Positions 20,477 through 30,884 of a stretch of DNA of 64,000 nt are shown piece by piece. The notes beneath the pieces were generated by a model. The model saw nothing but the letters and a program-made list of their open reading frames with translations. It was not told where the DNA came from and did not search any database. How positions within the stretch are numbered: position 1 is the first letter of the stretch; every line of letters begins with the position of its first letter. The position numbers were made by a program, and so were the translations under genes. Source of the DNA: Desulfatiglandales bacterium (GTDB lineage: Bacteria; Desulfobacterota; DSM-4660; Desulfatiglandales; Desulfatiglandaceae); contig OY759599.1 in the NCBI GenBank assembly GCA_963662465.1, positions 3,520,001-3,584,000 of the forward strand. The letters run 5' to 3'.

Positions 20477-21618
20477 AAACCAAAACGTTTATCATATTAG
20501 TGGTGATACTGGCGGTTCTCGTGGGTATCGGCATTGCCCTGTTTCCATCGTCTGAAACTCCGGTGGGCAATGAAACCATGGGAACCTTGATCTTCGAGAA
20601 TCTGCCGGCCAATGAGATTACAAGCATCATCATCGATCGACCCGATGATTCGGTAACAATGGTGAAAGAACAAGACGAATGGGTGGTGAAAAATCGCTTT
20701 GGTTACCCGGCGGATTTTTCCAAGATAACGGATCTTATCAGGAAGCTGAAACAGACCAAGGCAGGCCGAAAATTTCCAGAATCCGCATCGGTTAAAAAAC
20801 GTCTTTCGCTGATATCCCCCGAGGATAAAGACGCCGCAAAAGAGGATAAAGCCACGAGAATTCTAATGAAAAACCAGAGCGAAACTGTTGTGGCTGATAT
20901 TCTCCTGGGCAGCACGCGAAAAAAAGATGAGAAAGGCATACCCGATTCCCAGTATGTCATGCTGGCCGGGGGCACGGACATTTACCTGGTGGACCGGATT
21001 TTTTCCTCCTTTGAAACCGCCGCCCCCTCATGGCTCGACAAAAGCCCCGTCAAAGTTGTGGCGGAAGATATTCAAAGAATTGCCTGTATGGGACCTGACG
21101 GAAACATGCGTTACACCTTTGAACGACCGGAAAAAGGAAAAGCGTTGGCTCTCGTGAGTCCACCGACATCCGGGAAAATAAAGCCATCCGCCGTAAACCG
21201 CCTTGCCGGCGCTTTGAAGGGGCTTGAAATTGAAGATGTGGCTGATCCCTCAAGTCCACCTGAATCCCTGTCCGCCGGCATCTCACCCCGGATTGATTAC
21301 ACGCTTTTTAACGGCATCACCTATCATGTTTTTCCCGGGATAACCTGCTCTCCCGGAATTCCCTGTTATTTGAGACTTCAGGTGGCGTATAGTGTTCCGG
21401 CGGAACCCAAAGAAACCGATACCCTCAAGACGGTACCCGAGAAGAAAGAATCCGCTCCGGACGAAAATCAAGGCCAATGGGTTATGAAGGCCAAAGAATT
21501 GAATGCGCATCTGAGCCCCTGGGTTTTCATTGTTCCCCAATGGCAACATCAGGCTTTTTTCATTGCGCTGGATGAAATGCTGGAAAAGGAAAAGACAAAG
21601 GATGCCCCCCAAACATAA
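20473..21618 (+). CDS. DUF4340 domain protein
   Basis: ATGA overlap with gldG-like gene; N-terminal TM; WVV..GYPAD motif; usual fourth gene of this operon type. Confidence 0.8.
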   Translation: MKTKTFIILVVILAVLVGIGIALFPSSETPVGNETMGTLIFENLPANEITSIIIDRPDDSVTMVKEQDEWVVKNRFGYPADFSKITDLIRKLKQTKAGRKFPESASVKKRLSLISPEDKDAAKEDKATRILMKNQSETVVADILLGSTRKKDEKGIPDSQYVMLAGGTDIYLVDRIFSSFETAAPSWLDKSPVKVVAEDIQRIACMGPDGNMRYTFERPEKGKALALVSPPTSGKIKPSAVNRLAGALKGLEIEDVADPSSPPESLSAGISPRIDYTLFNGITYHVFPGITCSPGIPCYLRLQVAYSVPAEPKETDTLKTVPEKKESAPDENQGQWVMKAKELNAHLSPWVFIVPQWQHQAFFIALDEMLEKEKTKDAPQT

Positions 21619-21670
21619 TCCGGAACAGAGCGAAAACCTAATCGATGCCAACATAAAATGGAGCGCTGAT

Positions 21671-23389
21671 ATGAATGAAATCACCCCCCCCCGTCATAAA
21701 GACTTTATCCGCCAGATCATTGCCGAAAACGTGGCCGCGAACAAAAATGAGGGCATGGTGGTAACCCGTTTCCCCCCTGAACCCAATGGTTACCTCCACA
21801 TCGGCCATGCCAAATCCATATGTCTTAATTTCGGCATTGCCGGGGAAAACCCGAGAGGCGTCTGCCATCTGCGGTTTGATGACACCAATCCCAGCAAAGA
21901 GGAGAGGGAATACGTTGAATCCATAAAGCGTGATGTGCGGTGGCTTGGGTTCGACTGGGGCGAACATCTGTACTATGCCTCCGACTATTTTGACAAACTG
22001 TACCAATATGCGGTTCAATTAATTAAAGACGGCAAGGCCTATGTATGCAGCGTACCCCCCGACAAAATCAGGGAATATCGCGGCACTTTGACCGAGCCCG
22101 GAAAAGACAGTCCTTACCGAAACCGAAATGTGGAAGAAAACCTGGATCTTTTTGAACGGATGAGAAAGGGCGAATTCGAAGACGGCGCCCATGTGCTTCG
22201 CGCCAAAATCGACATGGCCTCTCCCAACATGAACATGCGGGATCCCGTCATCTATCGTATTTTAAAGAAATCGCACCACCGAACGGGGGATAAATGGTGT
22301 ATTTACCCCATGTACGACTTTACCCATTGCCTGTCCGATTCCCTGGAAGGGATCACCCATTCCCTCTGCACCCTTGAATTCGAAGACCACCGCCCCCTGT
22401 ACGACTGGTTCCTCGACCAGTTGCCGGTGGATTGTCATCCTCAGCAGATCGAATTTGCCCGCCTCAACATCAGCAATACCATGCTGAGCAAACGAAAACT
22501 GCTGCAACTGGTGAAAGAAGGGGTTGTGGACGGATGGGATGATCCCCGTATGCCCACCCTTTCGGGGCTTCGCAGGCGTGGTTATACGCCCGAATCCATC
22601 AAAACTTTCTGTGATCGCATCGGATTGGCCAAAAAGGACAGCGAGGTGGATATGGCCCTGCTGGAACACTGCCTCAGAGAGGACCTGAATGAACGAGCGC
22701 CGCGGGTCATGGGGGTATTGCATCCCCTCAAAGTAATCATCGATAATTACCCGGAAAACCAGACCGAAGATCTTGAGTTTCAGAACCATCCGGGAGATGC
22801 CGCCATGGGGACCCGCATGGTTCCCTTTTCCCGCGTTCTATACATTGAACAAAATGACTTTCGGGAAGAGGCGCCCAAAAAATTCTTTCGCCTGGCCCCC
22901 GGACGCGAAGTTCGTCTCCGGTATGCCTACTACATCACCTGTGTGGGAATGGAAAAAGATGAGAAAACCGGTGAAATCACGACCCTTCACTGCACCTACG
23001 ACCCCGCAACAAAGGGCGGCGATTCTCCTGACGGACGCAAAGTCAAGGGGACCATTCACTGGGTCTCGGCCGCCCACGCCCTTGAAACTCAAGTACGCCT
23101 TTACGATCACCTCATGCTGACGCCCGATGAAAATCAAAAGGCGCCAACCGACTTCACCGATCTTTTGAACCCGAAATCCCTCGAAGTATTGACCTCATGT
23201 CGGCTGGAACCGGGCCTGAAAAACGCCGCCCCCGGAAGCCGGTATCAGTTCGAAAGACTGGGCTATTTCTGCGTAGATCCGGTGGATTCTTCCCCGGGGA
23301 AACCCGTTTTCAACAGAACCGTTTCACTCCGGGACACCTGGGCCAAGATCGAGAAGGCACAAGGAATTATGCGAACGTCTGTCCCGTAG
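21671..23389 (+). CDS. glnS: Glutamine--tRNA ligase
   Basis: [18 protein letters not shown] (HIGH), [12 protein letters not shown]. Confidence 0.97.
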   Translation: MNEITPPRHKDFIRQIIAENVAANKNEGMVVTRFPPEPNGYLHIGHAKSICLNFGIAGENPRGVCHLRFDDTNPSKEEREYVESIKRDVRWLGFDWGEHLYYASDYFDKLYQYAVQLIKDGKAYVCSVPPDKIREYRGTLTEPGKDSPYRNRNVEENLDLFERMRKGEFEDGAHVLRAKIDMASPNMNMRDPVIYRILKKSHHRTGDKWCIYPMYDFTHCLSDSLEGITHSLCTLEFEDHRPLYDWFLDQLPVDCHPQQIEFARLNISNTMLSKRKLLQLVKEGVVDGWDDPRMPTLSGLRRRGYTPESIKTFCDRIGLAKKDSEVDMALLEHCLREDLNERAPRVMGVLHPLKVIIDNYPENQTEDLEFQNHPGDAAMGTRMVPFSRVLYIEQNDFREEAPKKFFRLAPGREVRLRYAYYITCVGMEKDEKTGEITTLHCTYDPATKGGDSPDGRKVKGTIHWVSAAHALETQVRLYDHLMLTPDENQKAPTDFTDLLNPKSLEVLTSCRLEPGLKNAAPGSRYQFERLGYFCVDPVDSSPGKPVFNRTVSLRDTWAKIEKAQGIMRTSVP

Positions 23390-23485
23390 AACCTAGCCAA
23401 AGATAAGGGAAATCGGGATGGGATTTTACTCAAAAATATCTATTGCAAGAAAGCATGGAGAAGGAGTGGCCTCGCAGTGCATGGA

Positions 23486-23539
23486 GGGGTGGGTGTCGTA
23501 GATGTTCCGCAAATCCTTTTTGAACCACTGGTCGATCAT
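23486..23539 (-). pseudogene. N-terminal scrap of BREX type 1 PglZ-like gene
   Basis: GAGG RBS then MIDQWFKKDLRNIYDTHP, resembling the recalled PglZ N-terminus; similarity stops abruptly. Confidence 0.55.
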
Positions 23540-23644
23540 AGGGCGGAACCTCGAATGCACAATAATTTTAATTGAATATCCTTCTCCAGTTGATCAGCGA
23601 TGTAACCGAGATATGCCTGCTCGTAATCAAAATGGCGCCACTCA

Positions 23645-25324
23645 TCACTTCTCCTCCTTTAACATTTCGAGCAAATCACCACGACGGAAAGTTGCGGAAA
23701 GCTGCTGTAATGAAATACGCCGGTTTCCATAACATGCGCAGAGGGCCTTCTGAATACTTTCGCACGCCTGCGTATGAAATTTTGCCGCGTTTGTTTCCAG
23801 TCGTTTCTTTACCTGCTTAAAGTTACGATGAGATAATTCAGGCAAACCGATGCTCTGTTCTTTCAGCAACTGACGTCCCATCACCATAGCAATGTAATGA
23901 GATGCATAAGGCAAAAAATCCGGCGGATTATCGACTGAGGGGCGCTTTCGTTCATTTTCAACCATCCTGAAAATGAGTATGCCGATAACAGCCTGGGCCG
24001 CATTCAGATTTTCAAATATCTCTTCATAGAGTTTCCCGAAGTGCTCTTTACGTCTGAATTTGGCATGATGGGGTTTCTCACGCCAGATGGCCAACACGCC
24101 TTCAGCAGTGGTCAAGCTGGTTACAACAGCAGGTCCGGTGCCCCCTTCTTCTCGTTGCCGTTTGTATTTGTAGCCAAGGTCAGACATGCCTATTTCCAGT
24201 TTTCTCTGAATCTCATCGTTTGATCGAAGATCCCTCAAATCCACCGGGTTCTGACTGTTGGTTGCATAGGTAATATCCTGAACAAAGTCCTTGTTTTGTT
24301 CCGGCATCTGGTAAATCCGAATCATGACATAAGCGGATTGCCCCGTCATGCCCGGAAACGTTGATTTCAGCGTTTCATGAATCGTTTTGCAGGTTTGCCC
24401 TCCGTTAATAACCTGCATGTTTTTCACCTGTACCTGATGATCGTTTTTCTGAAATGCATTGTAATCAAACCGGTCGCATACGACCGTTATGCCATTGTTA
24501 AAGAAGTAAAATTTATCGGATTTATCAGAAGCAAGGGTTTCATGGATCGCCCTGTTGACACGATTGCTGTGTAGACCGAGGTAACGACGGATATTGCGCT
24601 GCAACAACCTGTCGCCATGCTGCTCGAAAAGTTGTGATATCTCCTGAGCGGAGATGCGGCCCACCAAGACCCTCATGAAGTTCATGTCTTCCACGATCAA
24701 CTGCCCGTTAAGCTGCAAAACGGCGTCAACTTTTTCAGGCTTTTGCAGGATGTTGACGATGGAATCGTGGTTGAAATAAAAAAAATCCACCTTGGCCGGA
24801 TATTCCTTTTTGAGCCCATCAATCCACTGTTCCCCGTCTTCATGCCATTGTGCGCCATTGTTGCAAAGTATGACGCGAACTTTTGGAATATAGGCATCCC
24901 GGATTAAGGATCGTATCTCCTCAATTTTCGGGGCAAGTCTTTTATTCAGCGTCAGTTTTCGGAACGGATCAAACAGCACCTGCACCGTATTTGCAGCCTT
25001 TTGAACGCCGTTTCCCGGGAAGTTGGCGGTTCCAGTCAGGTCTTTCATTTTGTATTTACCCTGAAAGATGGTGACCAAAAACTCGCCGTCTTCCACTTCG
25101 CCGATGTGCAGGCCGTCAACGCCTGCATCATTACCGCCTTCGGTGAGCAGATCCAGGCTCTCGTCAAGGGGAATATCGAGGCTGTTCGCCATGCACAGTA
25201 AAACAAAAGCCGCTGATCGTTTTTTGTTATTATCGTTTCCAAACTGTTCGAACCAGTCGGCATTTTTTTCCAGTATTCCGGTTATCTGTTGATCGATGAT
25301 ACTCGCATTAATATTCATATGCAC
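23645..25324 (-). CDS. AIPR (abortive infection phage resistance) family protein
   Basis: DAGVDG, QGKY, NIRRYLG, FYFFNNGITVVC, INGGQT, TNSQNPV..DLRSND. Confidence 0.9.
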   Translation of the reverse strand: MHMNINASIIDQQITGILEKNADWFEQFGNDNNKKRSAAFVLLCMANSLDIPLDESLDLLTEGGNDAGVDGLHIGEVEDGEFLVTIFQGKYKMKDLTGTANFPGNGVQKAANTVQVLFDPFRKLTLNKRLAPKIEEIRSLIRDAYIPKVRVILCNNGAQWHEDGEQWIDGLKKEYPAKVDFFYFNHDSIVNILQKPEKVDAVLQLNGQLIVEDMNFMRVLVGRISAQEISQLFEQHGDRLLQRNIRRYLGLHSNRVNRAIHETLASDKSDKFYFFNNGITVVCDRFDYNAFQKNDHQVQVKNMQVINGGQTCKTIHETLKSTFPGMTGQSAYVMIRIYQMPEQNKDFVQDITYATNSQNPVDLRDLRSNDEIQRKLEIGMSDLGYKYKRQREEGGTGPAVVTSLTTAEGVLAIWREKPHHAKFRRKEHFGKLYEEIFENLNAAQAVIGILIFRMVENERKRPSVDNPPDFLPYASHYIAMVMGRQLLKEQSIGLPELSHRNFKQVKKRLETNAAKFHTQACESIQKALCACYGNRRISLQQLSATFRRGDLLEMLKEEK

Positions 25325-25368
25325 AACCCCTATTCATAAACGATCGTGTTTGTTCGTGTTTTCCCACC

Positions 25369-25440
25369 CTACCCATCCGCGTTTAGGTACTTCTTCAATT
25401 GATCTTTATTGAGCACCTCATAAGGAATCATTTTCTTTTG
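25369..25440 (-). pseudogene. C-terminal scrap of BREX type 1 PglX-like methyltransferase
   Basis: QKKMIPYEVLNKDQLKKYLNADG* resembles the recalled C-terminus ..YEVLNxGQLKKYLNADW*. Confidence 0.55.
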
Positions 25441-25568
25441 CTATACCTTCAACGCTTTCATTTCTTATCATTTTTTTCAGAAAAAATGCCATATGATTCT
25501 ATGAAGAATCACCGTTTGTGACACAAGGCATGTGGAAGGGATTTCATATCTTACGGGATGGGCTTATC

Positions 25569-25895
25569 TTACTCCCCGTACATTTCCGTGATGAGGCGCC
25601 GCAGTTGGGCCGCATTTTCCGACGAGATTTGATCAATTTTCTGTTTAAAACGCTGTTTACTTAAGGTCCGTATTTGATCTACAGCAATCTCTGCTTCCCG
25701 GCCGGCACAGGTAATTTGCAGACGCGAACGCCACGAAGGGTGCAGTTTCGTGGTCAAAGGGCATATCACAACGGTCTCAAGATAGCGGTTCATCTCATTT
25801 TGGCTGACAATCACGACGGGTCGGATCTTTCTGATTTCGCTTCCAGGGGTCGGGTTCAGATCCGCCGTGTAGATTTCATATTGTTTCGGCGTCAA
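25569..25895 (-). CDS. mazF: PemK/MazF family toxin
   Basis: ADLNPTPGSEIRKIRPVVIVS..CPLTT..DQIRTLSKQR; TTG start overlapping the antitoxin end. Confidence 0.9.
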   Translation of the reverse strand: MTPKQYEIYTADLNPTPGSEIRKIRPVVIVSQNEMNRYLETVVICPLTTKLHPSWRSRLQITCAGREAEIAVDQIRTLSKQRFKQKIDQISSENAAQLRRLITEMYGE

Positions 25896-26157
25896 AGGGG
25901 TCTTCCTCCAGCCCGTCCAGCAAGGCATCGTCAAAATCTTCCCAGCTCTCTTTTTCTCCTGCCATGGCCTTGAACGTTTCTTCCCACGACAACTTGTATT
26001 CGTCCTTTTGACGAAGCAGGATGCCCCTTTCCGTCTCTTCCATGCAAAGTCTGTTTTGAAACCCGTATTTTTCGATAATGGCTTTCGGTATTCGGATGCC
26101 TTTGGAATTCCCGATGGCAATGAGCCGAACATCCAGAGTGCGTAACTGTTTTTCCAT
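25876..26157 (-). CDS. mazE: AbrB/MazE family antitoxin
   Basis: IGNSKGIRIPK motif; acidic C-terminus. Confidence 0.9.
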   Translation of the reverse strand: MEKQLRTLDVRLIAIGNSKGIRIPKAIIEKYGFQNRLCMEETERGILLRQKDEYKLSWEETFKAMAGEKESWEDFDDALLDGLEEDPFDAETI

Positions 26158-26186
26158 ATTATTCCCTTTTGAGATCAGCGATGTTG

Positions 26187-26221
26187 GTAATTACCGTAAT
26201 TACAAAAAATGAGCATGTCAA
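26187..26221 (-). promoter_or_regulatory. mazEF promoter with tandem palindromic operator
   Basis: TTGACA (26221-26216) and GTAATTAC-C-GTAATTAC (26187-26203) over the -10 region. Confidence 0.65.
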
Positions 26222-26236
26222 CAAAAAACAAAAAAC

Positions 26237-26409
26237 GCGGAAGATATTAGAAGAATTGCCTGTATGGGGCCTGATGGAACCATGCGTTACACCTTTGAAC
26301 GACCGGAAAATTGTCGGATATGGCCTTACGGGAACACCACCTCAGAGAGGACCTGAATGAACGAGCGCCGCGGGTCATGGGGGTACTGCATCCCCTGAAA
26401 GTAATCATC
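26237..26409 (+). repeat. Fused diverged copies of 21061-21134 (DUF4340 gene) and 22648-22741 (glnS)
   Basis: Manual alignment: 69/74 and 87/94 identical, joined by TTGTC. Confidence 0.9.
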
Positions 26410-26523
26410 TCCACCGGGGGAAGGAGCAGGAGCGATGTCTTTTTCACACCAGGAATCCTCTTTCTTTTTCACCCCGCCTGTTTTCCATTGACGCTTCCGC
26501 TTTCAAACCACTATATTCGCGCC

Positions 26524-28461
26524 ATGATTCCAACATCTCTTACCAGTGAAGATATTCTGGGGGCAAACGGTCTGTTGCGCAAAAACCTCAACGGTTTCGA
26601 AGCCCGTTCCTCTCAACTTGACATGGCGCTTCTCATTCAGAAAGCCATCCATGAGCGATTGTCCGCCATCGTGGAGGCGGGAACCGGCACGGGGAAAACC
26701 TTTGGTTATCTCGTGCCTGTTTTACTGAGCGGAAAAAAGGCCGTTATCTCCACCGGCACTAAAAACCTTCAAGAGCAGATCTATAAAAAGGACATCCCCC
26801 TTCTCAAAAAGGCCACGGGCCTGAATATAGATGCCATGATCATGAAGGGCAGAAAAAACTACCTCTGTCTGCATAAATATCACCAGCATTTTCTGCAACA
26901 ATCCCTCCCGGATATGGTACATGCGAAAATCCAGCAAAAGCTTGAAGCATGGCTCAAAACAACCCTCTTCGGAGATCGCGGAGAATTGGGCTGGCTGGCC
27001 GATGATGATCCGCTCTGGGATGCCCTTTCCGCCTCATCTGAGCAATGCATCGGCATGGAATGCATGTTTCTGGAAGACTGCTTTCTGGCAAAACTACGCA
27101 GCAGAGCCGCCAGAGCCAGAATCATCATCGTGAATCATCATCTGTTTTTTGCCGACATGAAAGTCAAAAAAGGAGGCTTTGGCGAAATTATCCCCCGATT
27201 TCAGGTGGCGGTTTTCGATGAGGCCCATACCATTGAGGAGATTGCCACCACCCATTTTGGAGAAAGCATCAGCACTCGCCGGCTCACCGAATTCATCAAC
27301 GAAATGGAAAAGGAAATAAAGCAGCGCCCCTCCGAAGAAAGAACTGAAGCCAAAAAACCATTGGATAACATCAGAGGGGCATCGGCGCTCCTGAAAGACT
27401 TCTTCAATTCATCTGAGGATAAGGGACGAATTGATCCGGAAACCTTGTCCCGCATCAGAAATGGTCCGGCCCGTGATATTCACCAAAGCCTGACCGCCGT
27501 TTTGAACTCGCCGATGGAAAAACCCAACGCCCAAGGGACGCTGATTCTGGAACGCGCCAAAGAACTGGATCACCAACTCTCTGAAATCACCCAAAAAAGA
27601 GACGCCACCTGGTTGAACTGGTATGAAAAAAGAAAACGAAGCCTGGTCCTCCATGCATCTCCCCTCGATGTATCGGAAGCCATGAACAAACTTCTCTATG
27701 AAAAAGTGCATTCCGTGGTATTGACGTCCGCTACCCTGTCCACCAACAACACCTTTGCGTACATCCGCGGCCGCCTGGGACTTCCGGAAGAAACCCTTGA
27801 GGGCCTTCATGCATCACATTTCGATTTTAAAACCCAGACCCTGTTGTATTTGCCCAAACATCTCCCGCTCCCCAATGACCCCCGCTTCGCCGCTGAAGCC
27901 GCCGCCGAGATCATGCGAATTCTCCTTAGAACAAAAGGCCGGGCCCTGGTCCTGTTTACCAGCTATTTCAATCTTCATCGGGTTCACGAGATCATCGACG
28001 GTCAACTTCCCTACACGGTTTTTAAACAGGGAGACGCTCCCAGATCCACCCTGCTTGAAAAATTCATGGGAGATGTTCATTCCGTTCTTCTGGCCACGGG
28101 ATCCTTCTGGCAGGGAGTAGACGTACCGGGGGAGGCCTTAAGCTGTCTCATCATTGACAAACTCCCCTTTGCCTCGCCCGGAGATCCCCTGGTGGCTGCC
28201 AGGATCGAGGCCATCCGCGCCAGTGGGGGAAACCCCTTTATGGATTACCAAATTCCCTCGGCCATTATTTCCCTGAAACAGGGTTTGGGTAGATTAATTC
28301 GAAAGGCATCCGACCAGGGGGTCATGGCAATCCTGGACAAAAGAATACTAACCAGCCGCTATGGCGGCATATTTCTGAAAAGTCTGCCCCACATCCCCAT
28401 CATCCATGACAGGGTGGAAATCGACCGGTTTTTCGAATCTCAAAAAGGAGTGGCAAAATGA
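26524..28461 (+). CDS. ATP-dependent DNA helicase, DinG/YoaA family
   Basis: EAGTGTGKT, KGRKNYLC, Fe-S cysteines, DEAH, QGLGRLIR. Confidence 0.93.
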   Translation: MIPTSLTSEDILGANGLLRKNLNGFEARSSQLDMALLIQKAIHERLSAIVEAGTGTGKTFGYLVPVLLSGKKAVISTGTKNLQEQIYKKDIPLLKKATGLNIDAMIMKGRKNYLCLHKYHQHFLQQSLPDMVHAKIQQKLEAWLKTTLFGDRGELGWLADDDPLWDALSASSEQCIGMECMFLEDCFLAKLRSRAARARIIIVNHHLFFADMKVKKGGFGEIIPRFQVAVFDEAHTIEEIATTHFGESISTRRLTEFINEMEKEIKQRPSEERTEAKKPLDNIRGASALLKDFFNSSEDKGRIDPETLSRIRNGPARDIHQSLTAVLNSPMEKPNAQGTLILERAKELDHQLSEITQKRDATWLNWYEKRKRSLVLHASPLDVSEAMNKLLYEKVHSVVLTSATLSTNNTFAYIRGRLGLPEETLEGLHASHFDFKTQTLLYLPKHLPLPNDPRFAAEAAAEIMRILLRTKGRALVLFTSYFNLHRVHEIIDGQLPYTVFKQGDAPRSTLLEKFMGDVHSVLLATGSFWQGVDVPGEALSCLIIDKLPFASPGDPLVAARIEAIRASGGNPFMDYQIPSAIISLKQGLGRLIRKASDQGVMAILDKRILTSRYGGIFLKSLPHIPIIHDRVEIDRFFESQKGVAK

Positions 28462-29018
28462 GTCCAAAACCATGGAAAATCATAAACAGCACCAAAGACC
28501 GCAGCTATCGCGTTTTCAATCTGAGAACCGATCTGGCCATATCACCCCGCACGGGAAAGGAACATCATTTTTTTATCCTGGAATCTTCGTCCTGGGTAAA
28601 CGTTATTCCCCTGACCCCTCAAAATGAAGTGGTTCTGGTCAAACAGTACCGCCACGGCACACAGGATGTCACCCTGGAAATCCCCGGCGGCCTCGTGGAA
28701 GCGTCCGACTCCCCGGAAGGAGCCGCGAAACGAGAATTGCTGGAAGAAACCGGCTACAGCGCCTCAAAAACTATTCTTCTGGGAAGCGTTCACCCCAACC
28801 CCGCCATACAGAACAACGCCTGCTACACCTTCCTGGCGAAGGATGTGTTTCTCTCCGGCAAACAACAACAGGATGATAAGGAAGACATCCAGGTGGTCCT
28901 TCGACCCCTTGCCGAAATCCCCGGGCTGATTCAACGGGGAGAAATCACCCACGCCCTGGTCCTGGCGGCCTTTTACCGCTATTTTATGGAGTATGCGCCG
29001 GCATTCGGGAACCCTTGA
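28458..29018 (+). CDS. NUDIX hydrolase (ADP-ribose pyrophosphatase-like)
   Basis: EIPGG..AKRELLEETGY Nudix box. Confidence 0.9.
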   Translation: MSPKPWKIINSTKDRSYRVFNLRTDLAISPRTGKEHHFFILESSSWVNVIPLTPQNEVVLVKQYRHGTQDVTLEIPGGLVEASDSPEGAAKRELLEETGYSASKTILLGSVHPNPAIQNNACYTFLAKDVFLSGKQQQDDKEDIQVVLRPLAEIPGLIQRGEITHALVLAAFYRYFMEYAPAFGNP

Positions 29019-29149
29019 CGACCCAAACCGCGATTCTTATCTTTTTGCACCAATCACAGGGGGCAGTTGTCAGGGGGCAGCACAAAATTCGAAACTGATT
29101 TTTCTGCACCCTGCACCCTGTCGCAACCAAAAAAGGAGGACTAAAAAAT

Positions 29150-30094
29150 ATGGGCAACTGGGCAAAAACGACCCTTTTACTCGGTCTCATGACGGCCCTG
29201 ATCGTGTTTATCGGCGGCCTTTTCGGCGGTAGACAAGGGATGATACTGGCCTTTGTGCTGGCCATGGGCATGAATTTTTTCAGCTACTGGTATTCAGACA
29301 AACTGGTACTCCGCATGTACCATGCCACGGAGGTAAATCCTCATGACTTTCCAACCCTGTTCCATGCGGTCAGTCGGCTGGCCCAAAACGCGGGGCTCCC
29401 CATGCCGCGCGTTTACATTATTCCCGATGCGTCTCCCAACGCCTTTGCCACGGGCCGGGATCCGGAACATGCGGTTATTGCCGTCACCGAAGGCCTGCTC
29501 CGAACCATGAACAATGAGGAGGCCACAGGCGTTCTGGCCCATGAAATGAGCCACATCAAAAACAGGGACATCCTCATCGGCTCCATCGCCGCCACCATGG
29601 CGGGGGCCATTATGATCCTGGCAAGCATGGCCCGATGGTCCGCCATTTTCGGGGGCGGAAACCGGGATGAGGAAGGGGGCGGCGGCATGGGGATGATCGG
29701 TCTAATTGCCATGTCCATCCTGGCGCCCATGGCGGCCATGCTGATCCAGATGGCCATCAGCCGGTCTCGGGAGTACCTGGCCGATGCGACGGGGGCACAA
29801 CTGGCGGGAAACCCCGAAGGACTCGCAAGCGCCCTCGACAAACTGGGCGCTTATTCCCAACAGATCCCCATGAAGGCCGAACCCGCCACTGCACACATGT
29901 TTATCGTCAATCCCCTGACGGGCCGGAAAATGATGAATCTGTTTTCCACTCACCCGCCCCTTGAGGATCGAATCGCCCGTTTGAGGGGAAGCCGGGGACA
30001 AATGCCCCCAATGGAAAAATTCGAACAGGGTCGACCCAGCGAAGACAGAGGGCGGCAGGCGGCTCAGTCCATGTGGGACCGATTGTCAAAATAA
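29150..30094 (+). CDS. htpX: Zinc metalloprotease HtpX
   Basis: [26 protein letters not shown]. Confidence 0.95.
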   Translation: MGNWAKTTLLLGLMTALIVFIGGLFGGRQGMILAFVLAMGMNFFSYWYSDKLVLRMYHATEVNPHDFPTLFHAVSRLAQNAGLPMPRVYIIPDASPNAFATGRDPEHAVIAVTEGLLRTMNNEEATGVLAHEMSHIKNRDILIGSIAATMAGAIMILASMARWSAIFGGGNRDEEGGGGMGMIGLIAMSILAPMAAMLIQMAISRSREYLADATGAQLAGNPEGLASALDKLGAYSQQIPMKAEPATAHMFIVNPLTGRKMMNLFSTHPPLEDRIARLRGSRGQMPPMEKFEQGRPSEDRGRQAAQSMWDRLSK

Positions 30095-30112
30095 AACGTC
30101 CAAGGCCCGGTA

Positions 30113-30161
30113 TGACCTCCGACCTCCGACCTCTGACTTCTGACTTCTGACTTCTGACCTC
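30113..30161. repeat. Heptamer tandem repeat (YGACYTC)x7
   Basis: Seven units read directly, between convergent genes. Confidence 0.9.
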
Positions 30162-30165
30162 CCCG

Positions 30166-30753
30166 TCAAAGAGAAAAATCCAGGCCCCGAAGCAGAATAC
30201 AGCGGCTCGCGTCAATCTTTTCTTTCATGGAAAGAACATGATCCGGCCGCTCTTCATCCCGCCACCTGGGATATCCCCCCTGCCACACATACCGAATCAA
30301 CGCCTGAAATGAAGCCCGGGTGAACCGGTAAACACCGATTGCCACCTCATTTTGGGCTTTATCCATGGTGAAGGGCGCCTCAAAAGGTGTTCCGTATTTC
30401 CCCATAATGGCCTCAACAACCTCCCGTGCCCCCGTCCCCTCGGGCTTCTGTTTAAAGTCCGCCTCTTCTTGAGGGAAGGGATATTTTTGATACACCTCCC
30501 CAATAAAACCACTGAAATGAACCCCATGAATGGCGCCCATGAGGTCCCCCACATCCGCAGGATTCGGAATATGGTAAACGGGCCAGGACATGGCCAGGGG
30601 TTCATCCGGGCCACACTCGGCGATTTCCTCAATATACCGACAAAATTCCGTTGAAAAAAAGAAATATCGATCCAGCAGCAGCATATCCGAATCAATATTA
30701 AAAAAGCCAAAGGCGATGGTGCCGTGGCTGATGGATTCAAAAGCTAAAGGCAT
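30166..30753 (-). CDS. Conserved hypothetical protein
   Basis: 195-aa ORF after a GAGGAG RBS; HGTIAFGFFNIDSD and GGYPRW motifs. Confidence 0.7.
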   Translation of the reverse strand: MPLAFESISHGTIAFGFFNIDSDMLLLDRYFFFSTEFCRYIEEIAECGPDEPLAMSWPVYHIPNPADVGDLMGAIHGVHFSGFIGEVYQKYPFPQEEADFKQKPEGTGAREVVEAIMGKYGTPFEAPFTMDKAQNEVAIGVYRFTRASFQALIRYVWQGGYPRWRDEERPDHVLSMKEKIDASRCILLRGLDFSL

Positions 30754-30884
30754 AGGTGATCTCCTCTTGTTGGATGCACTTTTTAAATAAATGATGTTGA
30801 CCGGCCTCCAAAAGTGCTTAGGTTTTAGAATCGTGTTTTTGAGGTTGGGCCATCAGGCCCCGCTCTCATCATTGAAGGTCGCCA

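Noticed and set aside
26237..26409. DGR template/variable repeat pair
   Set aside because: Mismatches are not confined to adenines and no reverse transcriptase is in the window
26311..26523. N-terminal extension of DinG (apparent GlnRS-DinG fusion)
   Set aside because: Arises from the duplicated glnS scrap being in frame; DinG homology begins near ATG 26524
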